Origin: Trichinella spiralis
Taxonomy: Eukaryota
Length of the DNA: 64,000 bases
Reading direction: 5' to 3'
NCBI RefSeq assembly: GCF_000181795.1
Contig: NW_003526941.1
Span: 11,049,159-11,113,158, forward strand
Both the position numbers and the translations under genes were made by a program. The notes beneath the pieces were generated by a model, which saw only the letters and a list, made by a program, of their open reading frames with translations, was not told where the DNA came from and did no database searches. How positions within the stretch are numbered: the stretch's first letter is position 1; each line of letters starts with the position of its first letter. Shown here one piece after another: positions 62,299-64,000 of this stretch.

Positions 62299-64000
62299 CA
62301 AGTCAGAATATTTTTGCACTTACATTATGTGATTTTCAAGTACAACATTATGGTTACTGTAATCAAAGTTGTTGATAATCAATATAAATTTCAAAAATTC
62401 CACAAAACAATTAGGAAATTTTTTAAAAGTTAAATAATAAAAAATGGAAAATTAACCAAGTAGCAAGCACAACAATTTCGAATCCAAATTGTCAAACGAG
62501 TTCACCATATATATATGTGCGTGTGCGTGTGAATATGTGTGCAAATAACTGCTGCACCTAAAGAGAATGCATATAAGTGAGGCACTGTCTGACTGGACAA
62601 CTCAGATTCGTGATAATGACTATTTTTTTTCCATAATTTAAAATTGTTATTCTGCACATCTGGTGGACTTCATCTATGTTTATACGTTGCTGAGTGTGAT
62701 CGCGAACAACTATTATTTTCCAATAATTAATTATATCACTTGATTAACATTCTATTTTCAAATGACTTTCAACGATTTATTTATGCAAGTGATAGTAATA
62801 AATAAATAAATAAGCTGTATATAAATATATAGGGCAAATATAACTAAGTCTAAAATTGTCCCGACAAAAAAGCTAACTAAATATGTCAATAACAAAAATA
62901 AATTACAAAACTGAAAATTTGCATGAAAATTCTGCTAAACAACTACAGCGCGTACTTTTCATTGTGTTCAGCAAACATAATTTTCACATCCTTCAATGTA
63001 AAATTACGTCAACAGCAATGTATGAGATAGAAGTTTCCAATATTGACAATTATATTACTAAAATTAAACAAAATTATGAATTCAGTTGAAAAGCTGTTTG
63101 ATGTCGGGTCCAATTATTTCATCACTCTTATGCGTCGTCTCGTTAACATGCAAATTTTTAAATGTGGCCTTGACATTGTTTGCTTTGCAGCTAAAGCAAA
63201 TTACAAGCTTGAACTCTTATTACATATACTTATATATATAATTCCATTTCACATGCATTTTTCGTCAATTTAATAGCACCTAGAAATGGAGAATATCATG
63301 ACATTTCATATTGTGAAGTTGAAAGTCATATACTGATTTTGTTGTTGTTGATTGTTTGCTGTTTCAATGATTTTAGGCTAACATTTGCGTAAAGTTTCTT
63401 TTCTGGACCTAATGAACAGCAGGCATAGATAGTAAGAGTTGTTTACCAGAAAATGCATGCAAATTTTTATTCGAGTGTTATACGTTCGTTCACTTGCGTG
63501 GTTACAGACAAAATTGAAGAGTAATACAGAGCTAAGAAAGTGTGCAATAGTTTTTAGAAAAAAATGCGCTTATTCATTTTCAAGTTGCTTATCTCAGTTA
63601 TATTATTTGGTATAAATATGATCTAATATTGAGACAACAAAATTTCCCTTGTGTGCTGATATTTCTTGATAGAAATTTTCCCAAATTTTAAACAAAACAT
63701 TAATCAGCAGCATATATTTAAATTTTTGTTCGAACCTTTCGAATTTTCAGTTTTAAAATTTTCATTTTTTTCCACAAAAAAAGTATTATCGGAAACTGTT
63801 GTGAAATTCCACAGAAATTTATTAAGAAGAAACAGTAAATGGCGAGAATAATATGCAGCACAAATAATAAATATTAATAATATTTTATTGCAGTTGGTGG
63901 TGGAAACGTTCGCATGCTCGTATTCCACTGTTGGTTGTTATTGTGATACGTGTACTCGAACCGTCGGTGCATATTCTGAAAGTGGAAAAAGATTCCACTA

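Noticed and set aside
1..64000. CRISPR arrays, prokaryotic defence systems, tRNA, rRNA or snRNA genes
   Set aside because: The sequence is intron-containing eukaryotic DNA. I saw no repeat-spacer array or recognisable structural RNA gene, although short RNAs could be missed without covariance-model searches.

Overview
AT-rich, microsatellite-rich eukaryotic DNA with many short GT-AG introns ending in TTTCAG-like acceptors. I infer a nematode, most likely an early-branching clade I species such as Trichinella; this is not verified. Gene order: a piggyBac-derived transposase with an intron and a degenerate catalytic triad (-), a small Ly6/uPAR-type GPI-anchored protein (-), about 10 kb of non-coding DNA, a Frizzled-5/8 receptor with an intronless CDS (+), a compact same-strand run LAMTOR1-E2F-RNPC3-PAF1-ALDH4A1 (+), GINS1/PSF1 (-), a class II CPD photolyase (+), a canonical 9-EGF Delta ligand (-) with about 14 kb of upstream non-coding DNA carrying proneural E-boxes, and mitochondrial ribosomal protein S11 (-). 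The most notable item is the photolyase. Its motifs resemble prokaryotic rather than animal class II enzymes, yet it has three introns and a C-terminal NLS-like tail, so it is a candidate horizontally acquired, domesticated repair gene. The probably domesticated piggyBac gene and the minor-spliceosome gene RNPC3 are also notable. All exon coordinates were read by eye, and family assignments come from recalled motifs, not database searches.
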